IMG/VR virus record: IMGVR_UViG_3300020557_000008
Location: 1 to 64,000 of that record
From: an uncultured virus (IMG/VR IMGVR_UViG_3300020557_000008)
Taxonomy: Duplodnaviria; Heunggongvirae; Uroviricota; Caudoviricetes
Length of the DNA stretch: 64,000 nt
Strand: one strand, 5' to 3'
Both the position numbers and the translations under genes were made by a program. Below are positions 1 to 8,378 of this stretch, piece by piece. Positions within the stretch are counted from its first letter, which is position 1. Every line of letters begins with the position of its first letter. The notes beneath the pieces are model-generated. The model made no database searches. It saw nothing but the letters and a program-made list of their open reading frames with translations, and was not told the origin of the DNA.

Positions 1-60
1 GTACTCCATTGTCGGGCTCAGCACCACTTCGGCGCTTGCCACTGTTCCCTTGTGTCTCAT
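1..60 (-). CDS. Hypothetical protein, 5' part only (MRHKGTVASAEVVLSPTMEY...), runs off the window
   Basis: ATG at 60 preceded by AGGAGAACACA RBS, leader hairpin (82-99) and promoter. Confidence 0.6.
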   Translation of the reverse strand, partial: MRHKGTVASAEVVLSPTMEY

Positions 61-446
61 TGTGTTCTCCTATTGTGTTAGGTGGAGCGGTTGCCCCACT
101 AAGAACAGGATACCACACTTGTTAGACAGAAACAACCTCTGCGAGCAGATTTCTGAAGATTTTTTCTCGCCGCCCTGGCGCCTGCCCGGGGGAGAAATAA
201 GCCCTTAGTCAAGGCTTTGGGAAACGAACGCTCTGGGGGCTCTCGGGTGCGTCTGGTGGGTCGTCTGGTCGTGGTCGTCCGTGTGTAATACAAGCGTTTA
301 GACTGCCCTGGTGGCGAGCGTTTAGGAAACCTTGCCCTTAGTCACGGCTTTTCCCGCGCGCCGCTCTTGGGGCTCTCGGGCGCGGCTAACGCACCCCACG
401 CTGCCCCGTCGGGGTAGTACCAGCGTGGGGTGCTGAGCCGTGTGCG

Positions 447-605
447 CTATTCGGCGTGGCGTATCTGGTCTGCGGCGCAGATTTCGCAGAACGACTGTCC
501 GAACGGCGGGTTGCACTCGTGGTCGATGTGAGTCATCAGCCCTGCATCCATCAGGCTGATTATTCGCTCAACTTCTGCCCAGAACTCGGCTTCAGTGCGT
601 ACCAT
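447..605 (-). CDS. Small hypothetical protein (52 aa, MVRTEAEFWAEV...CEIC...)
   Basis: Read manually; GAAGGAG RBS; promoter at 653-681. Confidence 0.7.
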   Translation of the reverse strand: MVRTEAEFWAEVERIISLMDAGLMTHIDHECNPPFGQSFCEICAADQIRHAE

Positions 606-652
606 TGTCTTGCTCCTTCATTGTGTTGGTGGGGCTTGTTCCCCACACTCTT

Positions 653-681
653 AGTGTATCACACTTCTAGCGATTTCGCAA
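653..681 (-). promoter_or_regulatory. Sigma-A/70-type early promoter, representative of more than 25 in 1-20 kb
   Basis: TTGCGA-17bp-TACACT with extended TG. Same geometry at 1170-1198, 1964-1992 (TTGACA-17-TATACT), 2484-2512, 2723-2751, 3073-3101, 3539-3567, 6566-6594, 9408-9436, 9683-9711. Confidence 0.85.
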
Positions 682-895
682 CTTCACCGAGCGCCGCCCG
701 CCGTGTCGTAGTGCGACGCCAGAATGAAACCTTGCCCTTAGTCACGGAAACTTTTCAGCGCCGCTCTGGGGGCTTCCTATTGCGTCTGGTTGGCTGTTAG
801 ACAGCGCTCGCCGATTGCGTATGCTGGCGGATTTCTGCCTCCGCCGCTCTATCGGGGTTGGGCTTGGCGGGGGTTGCCCGCCAAGCCCTGCCCGA

Positions 896-1123
896 TTAGT
901 CCAGTTGGGGCTTGGCGCTGGTGTCGGCGTAACGCTTGCCGAGCGAGCCTTGCGGGGCGAACAGTGGGTGCTGTTGCGTACCCTTATCGGGGTCACCATA
1001 GGTAACCTTTGTGCCGAGCACGAACAGCGTCACGCCGTTGCGGGTGTAACGCATAGCACCCTTGCGGGCGTTGTCACGGAGCCAAGCCGTTGGATTGGCT
1101 GGCGTTGGGTGGAATGTAATCAC
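896..1123 (-). CDS. Hypothetical protein
   Basis: GTG start after GAAGGAAGG; promoter 1170-1198. Confidence 0.65.
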   Translation of the reverse strand: MITFHPTPANPTAWLRDNARKGAMRYTRNGVTLFVLGTKVTYGDPDKGTQQHPLFAPQGSLGKRYADTSAKPQLD

Positions 1124-1207
1124 TTCGGTAACCTTCCTTCGTGGGTACTTCGTTTTCGCCACTAATACAAGGGTACACTATTGTTAGACACTTTGCAACT
1201 TCTGAGA

Positions 1208-1230
1208 CCATTTGTCACACAATTGTCATA
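1208..1230. promoter_or_regulatory. OmpR/PhoB-family-like direct-repeat box (TGTCAC-N5-TGTCAT)
   Basis: 11-bp period; identical 23-mer at 4934-4956. Confidence 0.55.
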
Positions 1231-1295
1231 CTTCACTGAGAGTGGTCGGTAGTCACGGAGAGTGGTCGCCGTCCTTGGGGTAGGAAACTTTGCGA

Positions 1296-1313
1296 TTGTG
1301 CGCACTTTCACAA
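1296..1313. promoter_or_regulatory. Rex-type operator-like palindrome TTGTGCGCACTTTCACAA
   Basis: Fits TTGTGAA-N4-TTCACAA; related copies at 4986, 7351, 17696, 20170. Confidence 0.6.
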
Positions 1314-1339
1314 GCCCGTGTCCGCGCCCGTGCCCGGGG

Positions 1340-1353
1340 CGAACACCTGTTCG
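1340..1353. promoter_or_regulatory. LexA (SOS) box CGAAC-N4-GTTCG
   Basis: Exact core match; further copies at 3682-3695, 9978-9991, 9993-10006. Confidence 0.75.
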
Positions 1354-1374
1354 CTTCTTGCCTCCGGCCTGCCC

Positions 1375-1431
1375 AAAATATGGTGTTCCTTGATTATTGG
1401 ATTTATTTTCGTGCGGAGCGTTCCTTCGGGG
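1375..1431 (+). repeat. Dispersed ~57-bp element, copy 1
   Basis: AAAATATGGTGTTCC-N9-GGATTTATT-N~11-GCGTTCCTTCGGGG. Confidence 0.9.
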
Positions 1432-1476
1432 CAGTTGGGCTCCCGCTCGCGGCGGGTAGCCCCTCTGCCTTTTGGT

Positions 1477-1620
1477 TTAGTCCCACTCGCCCAGAGTTCG
1501 GAGGATGTCCTCAGTCCACCTTCTGAAGTCGGGATTTAGGTCAAGGTCTAGCGACCAATCGTAAATCTCTACTCGCTCGTGGTCCTCTCGGGTGATTTTG
1601 TTTTGTTCTCTCGGTGTCAT
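1477..1620 (-). CDS. Small hypothetical protein (47 aa, MTPREQNK...)
   Basis: Read manually; AAGGAGAAAACA RBS; own promoter. Confidence 0.7.
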   Translation of the reverse strand: MTPREQNKITREDHERVEIYDWSLDLDLNPDFRRWTEDILRTLGEWD

Positions 1621-1684
1621 TGTTTTCTCCTTCTGTTTTTAGTATAACATGGCTCGGGCTGTTTGTCAACCCGAGCCATGTTTT

Positions 1685-1924
1685 TTATTTTTCCGTGATT
1701 CCTGCCAGACGGCAACCCTTGCGGATTTTGCCCATTCCTTGCTTGTCGCTCATTGAGCCCCAACCGTTGCTTACTTGCGTAAGTGTTCCGTTGGCGATTT
1801 CTGCCATGAGCGTTGAATAGTGCCAGATTTGGCGGACGCCTTCAACCTCAACGGCTCTCCATGAAGAAGCCTTGACGGTCTTGCCGTTTCGCAATGGCAC
1901 TGTTGCTAGTTCCTGTATTTTCAT
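1685..1924 (-). CDS. Hypothetical protein
   Basis: ORF with AAGGAG RBS and consensus promoter 1964-1992. Confidence 0.75.
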   Translation of the reverse strand: MKIQELATVPLRNGKTVKASSWRAVEVEGVRQIWHYSTLMAEIANGTLTQVSNGWGSMSDKQGMGKIRKGCRLAGITEK

Positions 1925-2194
1925 TGTGTTGTTCTCCTTGTTTTGGTTTTGCCTTACACCTTCAGTATAGGGTACTGTTAGACATTTGTCAACCTTATCC
2001 GACAGAAACTTATTTTTCTTTTTGAGGTTGCTTTTTGTCTGCCGTTGTGTTATACTATTATTAGTGGGGGGAGGAGACGACTCGCGCCCCTCTCCGGTAA
2101 GACGCAGCCCGTGCGCCCCTCTTCGCCCTAGGTCGCCCGTGGTGGCCTCTGGCCGCCCCTTCGGGGGAGGGCTCTCACCCTCCCCCTTTCGGGA

Positions 2195-2437
2195 CTACTT
2201 CGCCTCTTGCTTGTTCAGCAGGGTTCCGCCTGCGTACCCGAGGTCGTAGGCGAGGTTGCTGCAACGCCACGAAACGCCGCTCAGTGCGCTCTCGATGAGG
2301 CTGCTCTTCTCTTCGTCGTGGGTCGTGTCGGCTGCATCTACTTCGGCTGCCTCTACTTGGTCAATCAGTCGGCGCAGAATCAACTTGACTTCATGCGCCC
2401 TCTGCTGTGCTCTCTCACTCGCGGTCATTGTATCCAT
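2195..2437 (-). CDS. Hypothetical protein
   Basis: Start moved to the ATG after AGGAGAAGAG. Confidence 0.7.
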   Translation of the reverse strand: MDTMTASERAQQRAHEVKLILRRLIDQVEAAEVDAADTTHDEEKSSLIESALSGVSWRCSNLAYDLGYAGGTLLNKQEAK

Positions 2438-2569
2438 TGCTCTTCTCCTTTGTGTTGGGTGAGGCGGTTGCCCCACTACTTCTAGTGTATCACAACTACT
2501 TCTCTTCGTCAACCTGAAACGCAAATTATTTTCATTCTTTGCCCCTGCGCACTTTTCGCCCTGGGTGGG

Positions 2570-2704
2570 TCAGTCCCACTCTCGGCGGTCGGGTGCCGGC
2601 TTGCGCTTGTGGTGGATAGTTACCGCACGGGTGCGCAGTCCGTCTGCGAACGCCTGCTTATCCGCGGGGTTCCAGCCCCTCCGCTTGCTCTTTTGGTTTT
2701 TCAT
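2570..2704 (-). CDS. Small basic protein (44 aa, MKNQKSKRRGWN...)
   Basis: Read manually; GGAGGTG RBS; promoter 2723-2751. Confidence 0.65.
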   Translation of the reverse strand: MKNQKSKRRGWNPADKQAFADGLRTRAVTIHHKRKPAPDRREWD

Positions 2705-2828
2705 CTTCACCTCCATAAGACCAGTGTATCACACTTTTAGTGGTTTCGCAACTCGTTCCGCAAGATTTTGCCCCTGCGCGAACTTCGGGCTGAGAGGGCA
2801 CTTCTCGTCCCCCTCAGCCCTTGCGCTC

Positions 2829-3026
2829 TTAGGCGTTGGCGGTTTCTGTCTTTGCCTTCACGGTTGGGTTTCCCAACTTGCGAGCGACATCTACGATGTC
2901 ACCAGTCAGGTTCAGGAACACCGTTCCGTTCTCTCCGTCTCGGAGTTCAATGCTCAACATTCCGTTGGTCATTTCTGCCGTGACATCGTCCGCGGTGAGG
3001 TGGACGAATAGGTGTGTGCTTATCAT
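2829..3026 (-). CDS. Hypothetical protein
   Basis: AAGGAAGGAAA RBS; promoter 3073-3101. Confidence 0.7.
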   Translation of the reverse strand: MISTHLFVHLTADDVTAEMTNGMLSIELRDGENGTVFLNLTGDIVDVARKLGNPTVKAKTETANA

Positions 3027-3202
3027 TTCTGTTTCCTTCCTTGTTGTGTAAGGCGGTTGCCCTACTACTATTAGTGTATCACACTTGCGAGAGTTTCGCA
3101 ACTCTTTGCGCCACCTTTTTTAGATTCTGCCCCAGCGGCCTTCGCTGGGCGAGTTTGGGGTGGCAAGGCAAGGAGGTAGAACCCTGCCACCCTCACTCGT
3201 TC

Positions 3203-3490
3203 TTATCGGGCTACGGCGAGCGAAGCCTTGTTCAGGGCATCGCTACTCTCTCGCCATGCGTCGCTATCGGCTGTCTCTCCGTAGAACGCTTGACGATAGA
3301 TACGCTTGCCTTTGTGGTACAACTCAACCATAACGGCGTTTGCCTTTATGCTGTCGTCGTATGTCACTTCGGCTTCGTAGGTGACTTTGGTAATCTCGTC
3401 GTAAGCCCACCCCGTAGGGAATAACTCACTGGATACCTCAATCCACTCGCCCGTTCGTTTTGCGCCTCTCGGCAGTCTGTAATAACTCAC
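3203..3490 (-). CDS. Hypothetical protein
   Basis: ORF, RBS, promoter 3539-3567. Confidence 0.7.
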   Translation of the reverse strand: MSYYRLPRGAKRTGEWIEVSSELFPTGWAYDEITKVTYEAEVTYDDSIKANAVMVELYHKGKRIYRQAFYGETADSDAWRESSDALNKASLAVAR

Positions 3491-3796
3491 TTCATTACCT
3501 CTCTCTCTTGTAGGTACTTCGGTTTCCCTACTAACTACACTATACCAGATTGTTAGACACTTGACAACCTTATCGGGCAGATTCCCGAAGAATCTTTTTG
3601 CCGGCTCAGGTTGACTTTTCGCTCATTGTGTGATACAATGATAATAGACGGGGGAGAGGAGAGCCCGCCGCGGCCTCCGCCCGAACGTATGTTCGCCCGC
3701 GCGCCCCTCTTCGCCCGGGGGTCGTTCTCTTCCCTCAATCTACTTTTATTTTACAGTGGGGGTGTAACACGGTTTCCCGCGCTACACCCCCATTTT

Positions 3797-4108
3797 TTAT
3801 TTTGCGAAACTCGCTACTGCTACCGCTATGTCCCAAGCATCAAACTCATCTGCTGTACCGTAGTTTTCAGTAGCGTTTTTACCGAAGTACGGCAGATTAT
3901 CTTCTAGGTGTTCACGCAACGCTTCAAGCGTTGAGGGACTATCGATAATCTCTTTCAGAACCTCACCTACTTGGCGGAGTCTGTTTCCGTTGTTGGTGTT
4001 CCGAAACTGATAAGCCTCGAACCAATAGGTTCGGCTTTCTTCTGCTTGTTTTAGTGCTTTGCGTAACTCATCAACATACTCTTGGGTAATCGGCTGTTCG
4101 GTAATCAT
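3797..4108 (-). CDS. Hypothetical protein
   Basis: AAGGAG RBS, promoter. Confidence 0.7.
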   Translation of the reverse strand: MITEQPITQEYVDELRKALKQAEESRTYWFEAYQFRNTNNGNRLRQVGEVLKEIIDSPSTLEALREHLEDNLPYFGKNATENYGTADEFDAWDIAVAVASFAK

Positions 4109-4309
4109 TGTTTTTTCTCCTTGTTGTTTTGGTTTTGCCTTACACTCTAAGTATAGCATCTGTTAGACACTTTGTCTACTCAGAATAGACATTGTGAAAT
4201 GTTTCTTTTGCCCGCCGCGGCCTCCGCCCGCGGGCAATTTTCTCCCACACCCTATTTTAGCGTGGGGGTGTTACACAGTTATTTTTTACTGTGTAACACC
4301 CCTTTGCTA

Positions 4310-4588
4310 CTAGGCGTTTGCCGTTGCGAGTTTGTCGTAACGGTGTACGGGCTTTATGTCTTCATTCACTGCTCGCCCGATGCTCTTAGCATTGAGTAGG
4401 TCAGTGAGAGTGCCAAGCATGACATCGTAGTAGACATACTCGCTACCGTTTGTGTACTCAATTACCAATTCACCGTAGGCGAGTTCGTAATTGTCCGACT
4501 CGCCATGTTGGGCGAGGTCAATCTCGCTCACCGTATAAGTGAGTTTCCTCACTGCCGTTGAGTTGAGTTGGGTTACTTCTATTTTCAT
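4310..4588 (-). CDS. KTSC-domain protein
   Basis: Pattern NSTAV...LVIEYTNGSEYVYYDV...LLNAKSIGRAVNEDIK typical of KTSC. Confidence 0.75.
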   Translation of the reverse strand: MKIEVTQLNSTAVRKLTYTVSEIDLAQHGESDNYELAYGELVIEYTNGSEYVYYDVMLGTLTDLLNAKSIGRAVNEDIKPVHRYDKLATANA

Positions 4589-4676
4589 TTTGTTTCTCCT
4601 TTGTTGTTTTGTTATTGCCTTACACTTCTACTATACCGTTGGTGGGGCAGATTTCCAACCTGCCCCACCAGATTTT

Positions 4677-4859
4677 TTAGCGTCCGAATTCTTCCTGCCA
4701 GAGTTCTTCTGCTTTGTCTAGGATTCTGTCGGCGTAGCGAGTGCTCATGTAGTCGTCGTCAATCCACGGAATGAATCCGTTTCCTGCGAGGTGCTCTATG
4801 GCTCTCTCTACGAATCGCTCTTGCTCTTCTTCGCCTAGTTCACTGAATTCGGTAATCAT
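4677..4859 (-). CDS. Small acidic hypothetical protein
   Basis: ORF with AGGAG RBS. Confidence 0.7.
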   Translation of the reverse strand: MITEFSELGEEEQERFVERAIEHLAGNGFIPWIDDDYMSTRYADRILDKAEELWQEEFGR

Positions 4860-4959
4860 TGGTTTCTCCTTTGTGTTGTTTTGCCTTACACTCTAATTGT
4901 ACAGCATGGGTGTACCATAATTGCGCATTTACGCCATTTGTCACACAATTGTCATAATC

Positions 4960-4980
4960 GGCTGTTAGGCTCACCTAACA
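4960..4980. promoter_or_regulatory. DtxR/IdeR-type iron box-like palindrome
   Basis: GGCTGTTAGGCTCACCTAA, 14/19 to TTAGGTTAGGCTAACCTAA. Confidence 0.6.
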
Positions 4981-5035
4981 AGTGATAGTGCGAATTTTCA
5001 CAAGCCTCCGACCGAAGGTCGGCTCCCGGTAGCCC

Positions 5036-5093
5036 AAAATATGGTGTTTCCTGATAATCGGATTTATTTAGTGCTGTGGCGTTTCCCTTGGGG
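5036..5093 (+). repeat. Dispersed ~57-bp element, copy 2
   Basis: AAAATATGGTGTTTC...GGATTTATT...GCGTTTCCCTTGGGG. Confidence 0.9.
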
Positions 5094-5148
5094 CTGAGCG
5101 AAGGGGGTGAGCGCCCGGCCTGGTCGCCCACCCCACATCATTTTGCTC

Positions 5149-5301
5149 TTAGAGCCACTCAGAGACGTCGCCGTCGGCGATTTCTGAGTAGTCCAATCCA
5201 TGAGCGTCGGCTACTGCTTGCCAGAAGTCTTCTTCTGTAAGCGGTGCTTGACCCTCTTGAATGTCTTCTGGGAGATGCTCCCACCACGTTGTTTTATTCA
5301 T
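5149..5301 (-). CDS. Small acidic protein (50 aa, MNKTTWWEHL...)
   Basis: Read manually; GGAAAGGA RBS; promoter. Confidence 0.7.
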   Translation of the reverse strand: MNKTTWWEHLPEDIQEGQAPLTEEDFWQAVADAHGLDYSEIADGDVSEWL

Positions 5302-5325
5302 TGTGTTTCCTTTCCTGTTGGGTAA

Positions 5326-5526
5326 TTACAGTGTATCACACTCTAGGAGTTTTAGCAACTCTTTCTGGGTCATTTCCTGAATCTGTGCCGCGTCTAGGTC
5401 TGCGGGTTTGATGACCTCAATGATTTGGCCCCTGCCTTGCGCGACTTCGCGGGCTGAGTAGAGGCTGAGGTACGGGCCGAGGTAGATATCTCCCGCGGCT
5501 GTGTTGAGTTTGATGATGTAGTTCAT
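5326..5526 (-). CDS. Hypothetical protein
   Basis: AAGGAG RBS before MNYII. Confidence 0.65.
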   Translation of the reverse strand: MNYIIKLNTAAGDIYLGPYLSLYSAREVAQGRGQIIEVIKPADLDAAQIQEMTQKELLKLLECDTL

Positions 5527-5589
5527 GTTTCTCCTTGGCCTCCGGGCGGCGGCTGGTGGGGCACTTCTCGTCCCCACCAGCCTGACCCG

Positions 5590-6054
5590 TTAGGCGTTGA
5601 TTAGTTCTTTCTGAGCCTTGACCCACTGCTCGTAGTTCCAGGCTTCGGTTGTCACGATTGCCTTGATTACCTTGAGGGGAATCTCGGCTTGGTTATTGCC
5701 GTACTTCACGGCGTTGTTTGCCCACTCAGTGATGCTGTAGGTGCTGTGGTTGGTGCTGAGTCCGACCATCTCATCTACCATCGCTGGCGTGATGTAGAGG
5801 TTGTGGCGTTCGCCATCTTCTCTCCACTCGTACATCATCGGGCTTTGGCTCATCGCCTCAACAGCCTTAGACCGACCGTAGTAGTCAGCCGCGTTGGCTT
5901 CGGTGATGCGCCCGTATCCGACTACGCCACCCCAGAAGATGAACGTCTGAATGTCGCCGCGTACGTTGTCATGACCGTACTCGTCTTTGACCCAGACTCC
6001 CTCGGGGTTCTTGGCGTAAGCCTTTGTATTTCCGATATCCCATGTCAATGGCAT
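5590..6054 (-). CDS. Hypothetical protein
   Basis: GGAAAGG RBS, leader hairpin, promoter. Confidence 0.75.
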   Translation of the reverse strand: MPLTWDIGNTKAYAKNPEGVWVKDEYGHDNVRGDIQTFIFWGGVVGYGRITEANAADYYGRSKAVEAMSQSPMMYEWREDGERHNLYITPAMVDEMVGLSTNHSTYSITEWANNAVKYGNNQAEIPLKVIKAIVTTEAWNYEQWVKAQKELINA

Positions 6055-6170
6055 TGTGTTTACCTTTCCTTTGTTTGTGTGGGGCGGTTGCCCCACTACT
6101 AATATTGTATCACCTATTCTGCTGTCTCACAACCTCGGCGGCAAGGTTTTGCCTCCGGGCGGTGCTCGCC

Positions 6171-6407
6171 CTACCTTTCGGTAGGGACGAGACCAGCGGG
6201 CTTCAGTGAGTTATTCAGCACGAGGCCGTAGAAGTGGCCTGTGACTGCATCCTTCACGAACGAGTGTCCCATTGTGCCGTTTGGCGGTGCGCCAAGGCCA
6301 CCTGAGCACTTCACCACGAGGGTTCCACGCTTTGGCTGGTGTGGGCGGGCATCAAAGATGTCCATCCCGACGGGTTCGTATCGGTATTGCCTGATTTTCT
6401 TGGTCAT
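6171..6407 (-). CDS. Hypothetical protein
   Basis: GGAGG RBS, promoter. Confidence 0.7.
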   Translation of the reverse strand: MTKKIRQYRYEPVGMDIFDARPHQPKRGTLVVKCSGGLGAPPNGTMGHSFVKDAVTGHFYGLVLNNSLKPAGLVPTER

Positions 6408-6479
6408 TGTGTTTTCCTCCATGATGTTAGTATAACAGATGTTTTGCGGTATTGCAACCTTCTTTTATTCCTTTATTGC

Positions 6480-6560
6480 CCCTGCCGGCTTTGCCGGAGG
6501 GAGGTCTTGGGCTGGTGGGGGAAGGAGGTAAGGAACCCCACCAGCCGCACTCGACCTATG
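6480..6560 (-). ncRNA. Candidate sRNA with anti-SD loop UUCCUUACCUCCUUC
   Basis: Promoter 6566-6594; no ORF or RBS downstream; perfect 11-bp stem 6510-6520/6536-6546. Confidence 0.65.
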
Positions 6561-6822
6561 CTTTCAGTGTATCACACTTTTCACGCTCTCGCAACTCTGC
6601 CAGCGTGATTTCACCCTTTATCAAGGATGCCCACTCTGATAGGTCTGCGACATTGAGACGCTCCGGCTCGGTGCCGCAAGGGTACTTGGCGGCTTGGTGC
6701 CAAGCCTTTGCGTCACATTCTCCGCAAACGGGCGTGCCGTCAAACGACCACCACGAATGCGTGAGGTAGTTAGCCTCAGCCTCTTCTTTAGTTCCCTGAA
6801 ACGGGACTGGAACATTTGCCAT
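6556..6822 (-). CDS. Hypothetical protein (CxxC)
   Basis: GAAAGG RBS. Confidence 0.7.
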   Translation of the reverse strand: MANVPVPFQGTKEEAEANYLTHSWWSFDGTPVCGECDAKAWHQAAKYPCGTEPERLNVADLSEWASLIKGEITLAELREREKCDTLKA

Positions 6823-6898
6823 TTTCTTACCTTTCTTGTGTTGGTGGTGCTTCTGCCCCACATCTACAGAATACCAGATGTGGGGCAGAATGACAACC

Positions 6899-7276
6899 TT
6901 ATTTTAGGATTTTTTCTAGTGTCTGTTGGTAGGTCTGCCATTGTGACGGGATACCGTTTTTTCCCATTGCCACAGCCTTGTCAAAGTCTGTTTCGCCAGA
7001 GCCCAGGATTTTTCGGACTGCCAGAATGCGGTCACGGACTGCTTCACGGTCTGCGCTATCACCGTCAAACGGGAATAGCGGGGACGGGTCAGTCAGATGA
7101 GCCATTGCCGCATCACAGATTTCGTCGTATGTGGCAAACGGATACAGCGAGGTTTCTTCACTGCTGAATAGATAGAACTCACAGCAGTATTCGCTGAACT
7201 GTTCGTATCGGTCTATTCTCTCTAATCTCTCTATTGCGCTTCCAGCATACGGGCTGGTACCTTGTGTGGTGGTCAT
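6899..7276 (-). CDS. Hypothetical protein, probably leaderless
   Basis: CATAAT 6 nt before ATG. Confidence 0.7.
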   Translation of the reverse strand: MTTTQGTSPYAGSAIERLERIDRYEQFSEYCCEFYLFSSEETSLYPFATYDEICDAAMAHLTDPSPLFPFDGDSADREAVRDRILAVRKILGSGETDFDKAVAMGKNGIPSQWQTYQQTLEKILK

Positions 7277-7405
7277 ACATACATTATGCCGTACTGTTAG
7301 ACAGATTACAACCTTATTCGTATTACAGAAGTATTACATTTGGCTTGTGCTTGTTCGCACTTTCACAAGCCCGGGGCCGGTGAAATCGATTTTTGCCCCT
7401 GCCCC

Positions 7406-7463
7406 GAAATATGGTGTTCCTTGATTATTGGATTTATTCTGCTTTGCGCCGTTCCCCTTGGGG
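7406..7463 (+). repeat. Dispersed ~57-bp element, copy 3
   Basis: GAAATATGGTGTTCCTTGATTATTGGATTTATT...GCCGTTCCCCTTGGGG. Confidence 0.9.
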
Positions 7464-7506
7464 CTGGGCTGGTGGGGGATTGCCCCACCAGCCTCGCTGA
7501 CCATTC

Positions 7507-7917
7507 TTAGAGGTACTTGGCTACTGCGCCGTAGGAAGAAGTACGGACATACTCTTCGTCGGACAGTTCTAGCACTCGGATTGCGTTCGCAAGTTCCTCT
7601 TGCGCTTCTTTATTGATGCGCTCGCTGAAATTGCTTTCCAAAGTGGGAAGTGAAATCTTGTGACTGAAAGTCACGGTGACTTCATTTACTTCTTCTTGGT
7701 TGTAGCGGTAAGGGTAAGCAAACGATACCTCTTTCGGCGTGAGTTTGCCAGACTTCACAAGCGCGGCGACAGACTTCTTGATGTCTGCGATTGCCTGCTT
7801 CTGAGCCTTCTCAGCCTTAGCGTGGTTGTTCGCTTCCTCAACCTTGCGGTTAAGTGCCTCGTTGAGCGCTTTGAGCAACTTGCCCTTGGCTACCCGTACA
7901 TTGATTGTCTTACTCAT
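7507..7917 (-). CDS. Hypothetical helical protein
   Basis: ORF, GGAAAGG RBS, promoter. Confidence 0.75.
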   Translation of the reverse strand: MSKTINVRVAKGKLLKALNEALNRKVEEANNHAKAEKAQKQAIADIKKSVAALVKSGKLTPKEVSFAYPYRYNQEEVNEVTVTFSHKISLPTLESNFSERINKEAQEELANAIRVLELSDEEYVRTSSYGAVAKYL

Positions 7918-7979
7918 TGTGTTTATTGCCTTTCCTGTTTTGTTGGTAGTGGGGAGGTTTCCCCACTACTATTATTGTA

Positions 7980-8378
7980 TCACAGGTTGCGCTCTTTGGC
8001 AACCCGTGACGCGATTTTCTTTCGCTGGTTGTTGGTACGCCAGCATGACGCTTGGTAGGCGATTTCGCTTACCTCGTCGCAGTAGATGCCGACAAACTCG
8101 GTCTCGATGACTGCCTGATTGCGCTTTGCGCCGCTGGTGACACGGCGAACGCAACGGACACGGTAGGTGTCGTTGAAGTCCAGCGTGATTTCCACCATGC
8201 GAGCACGCCCGACAGGGAGCCATACGCCGATTGTGTTTTGTTCAGCGTCACGGAGAGAACCCCAACGACCACCGGAGATGGCGAATAGGTTCATCATGCC
8301 GACTTGACGGATGATTTCCGCTGGGTCGCATTCACGACCTTCACGGTTGAGTATTGGGAGTGTGTATGTGTTTGTCAT
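7980..8378 (-). CDS. Hypothetical protein, leaderless
   Basis: TATAAT 6 nt before ATG at 8378. Confidence 0.7.
   Translation of the reverse strand: MTNTYTLPILNREGRECDPAEIIRQVGMMNLFAISGGRWGSLRDAEQNTIGVWLPVGRARMVEITLDFNDTYRVRCVRRVTSGAKRNQAVIETEFVGIYCDEVSEIAYQASCWRTNNQRKKIASRVAKERNL

Larger units (their letters stand above)
196..790 (+). repeat. Three copies of a ~60-bp repeat, core GCCCTTAGTCA...CGCTCT(G/T)GGGGCT
   Basis: GCCCTTAGTCA at 201, 334, 734; GAAACCTTGCCCTTAGTCACGG identical at 326 and 726. Confidence 0.85.
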
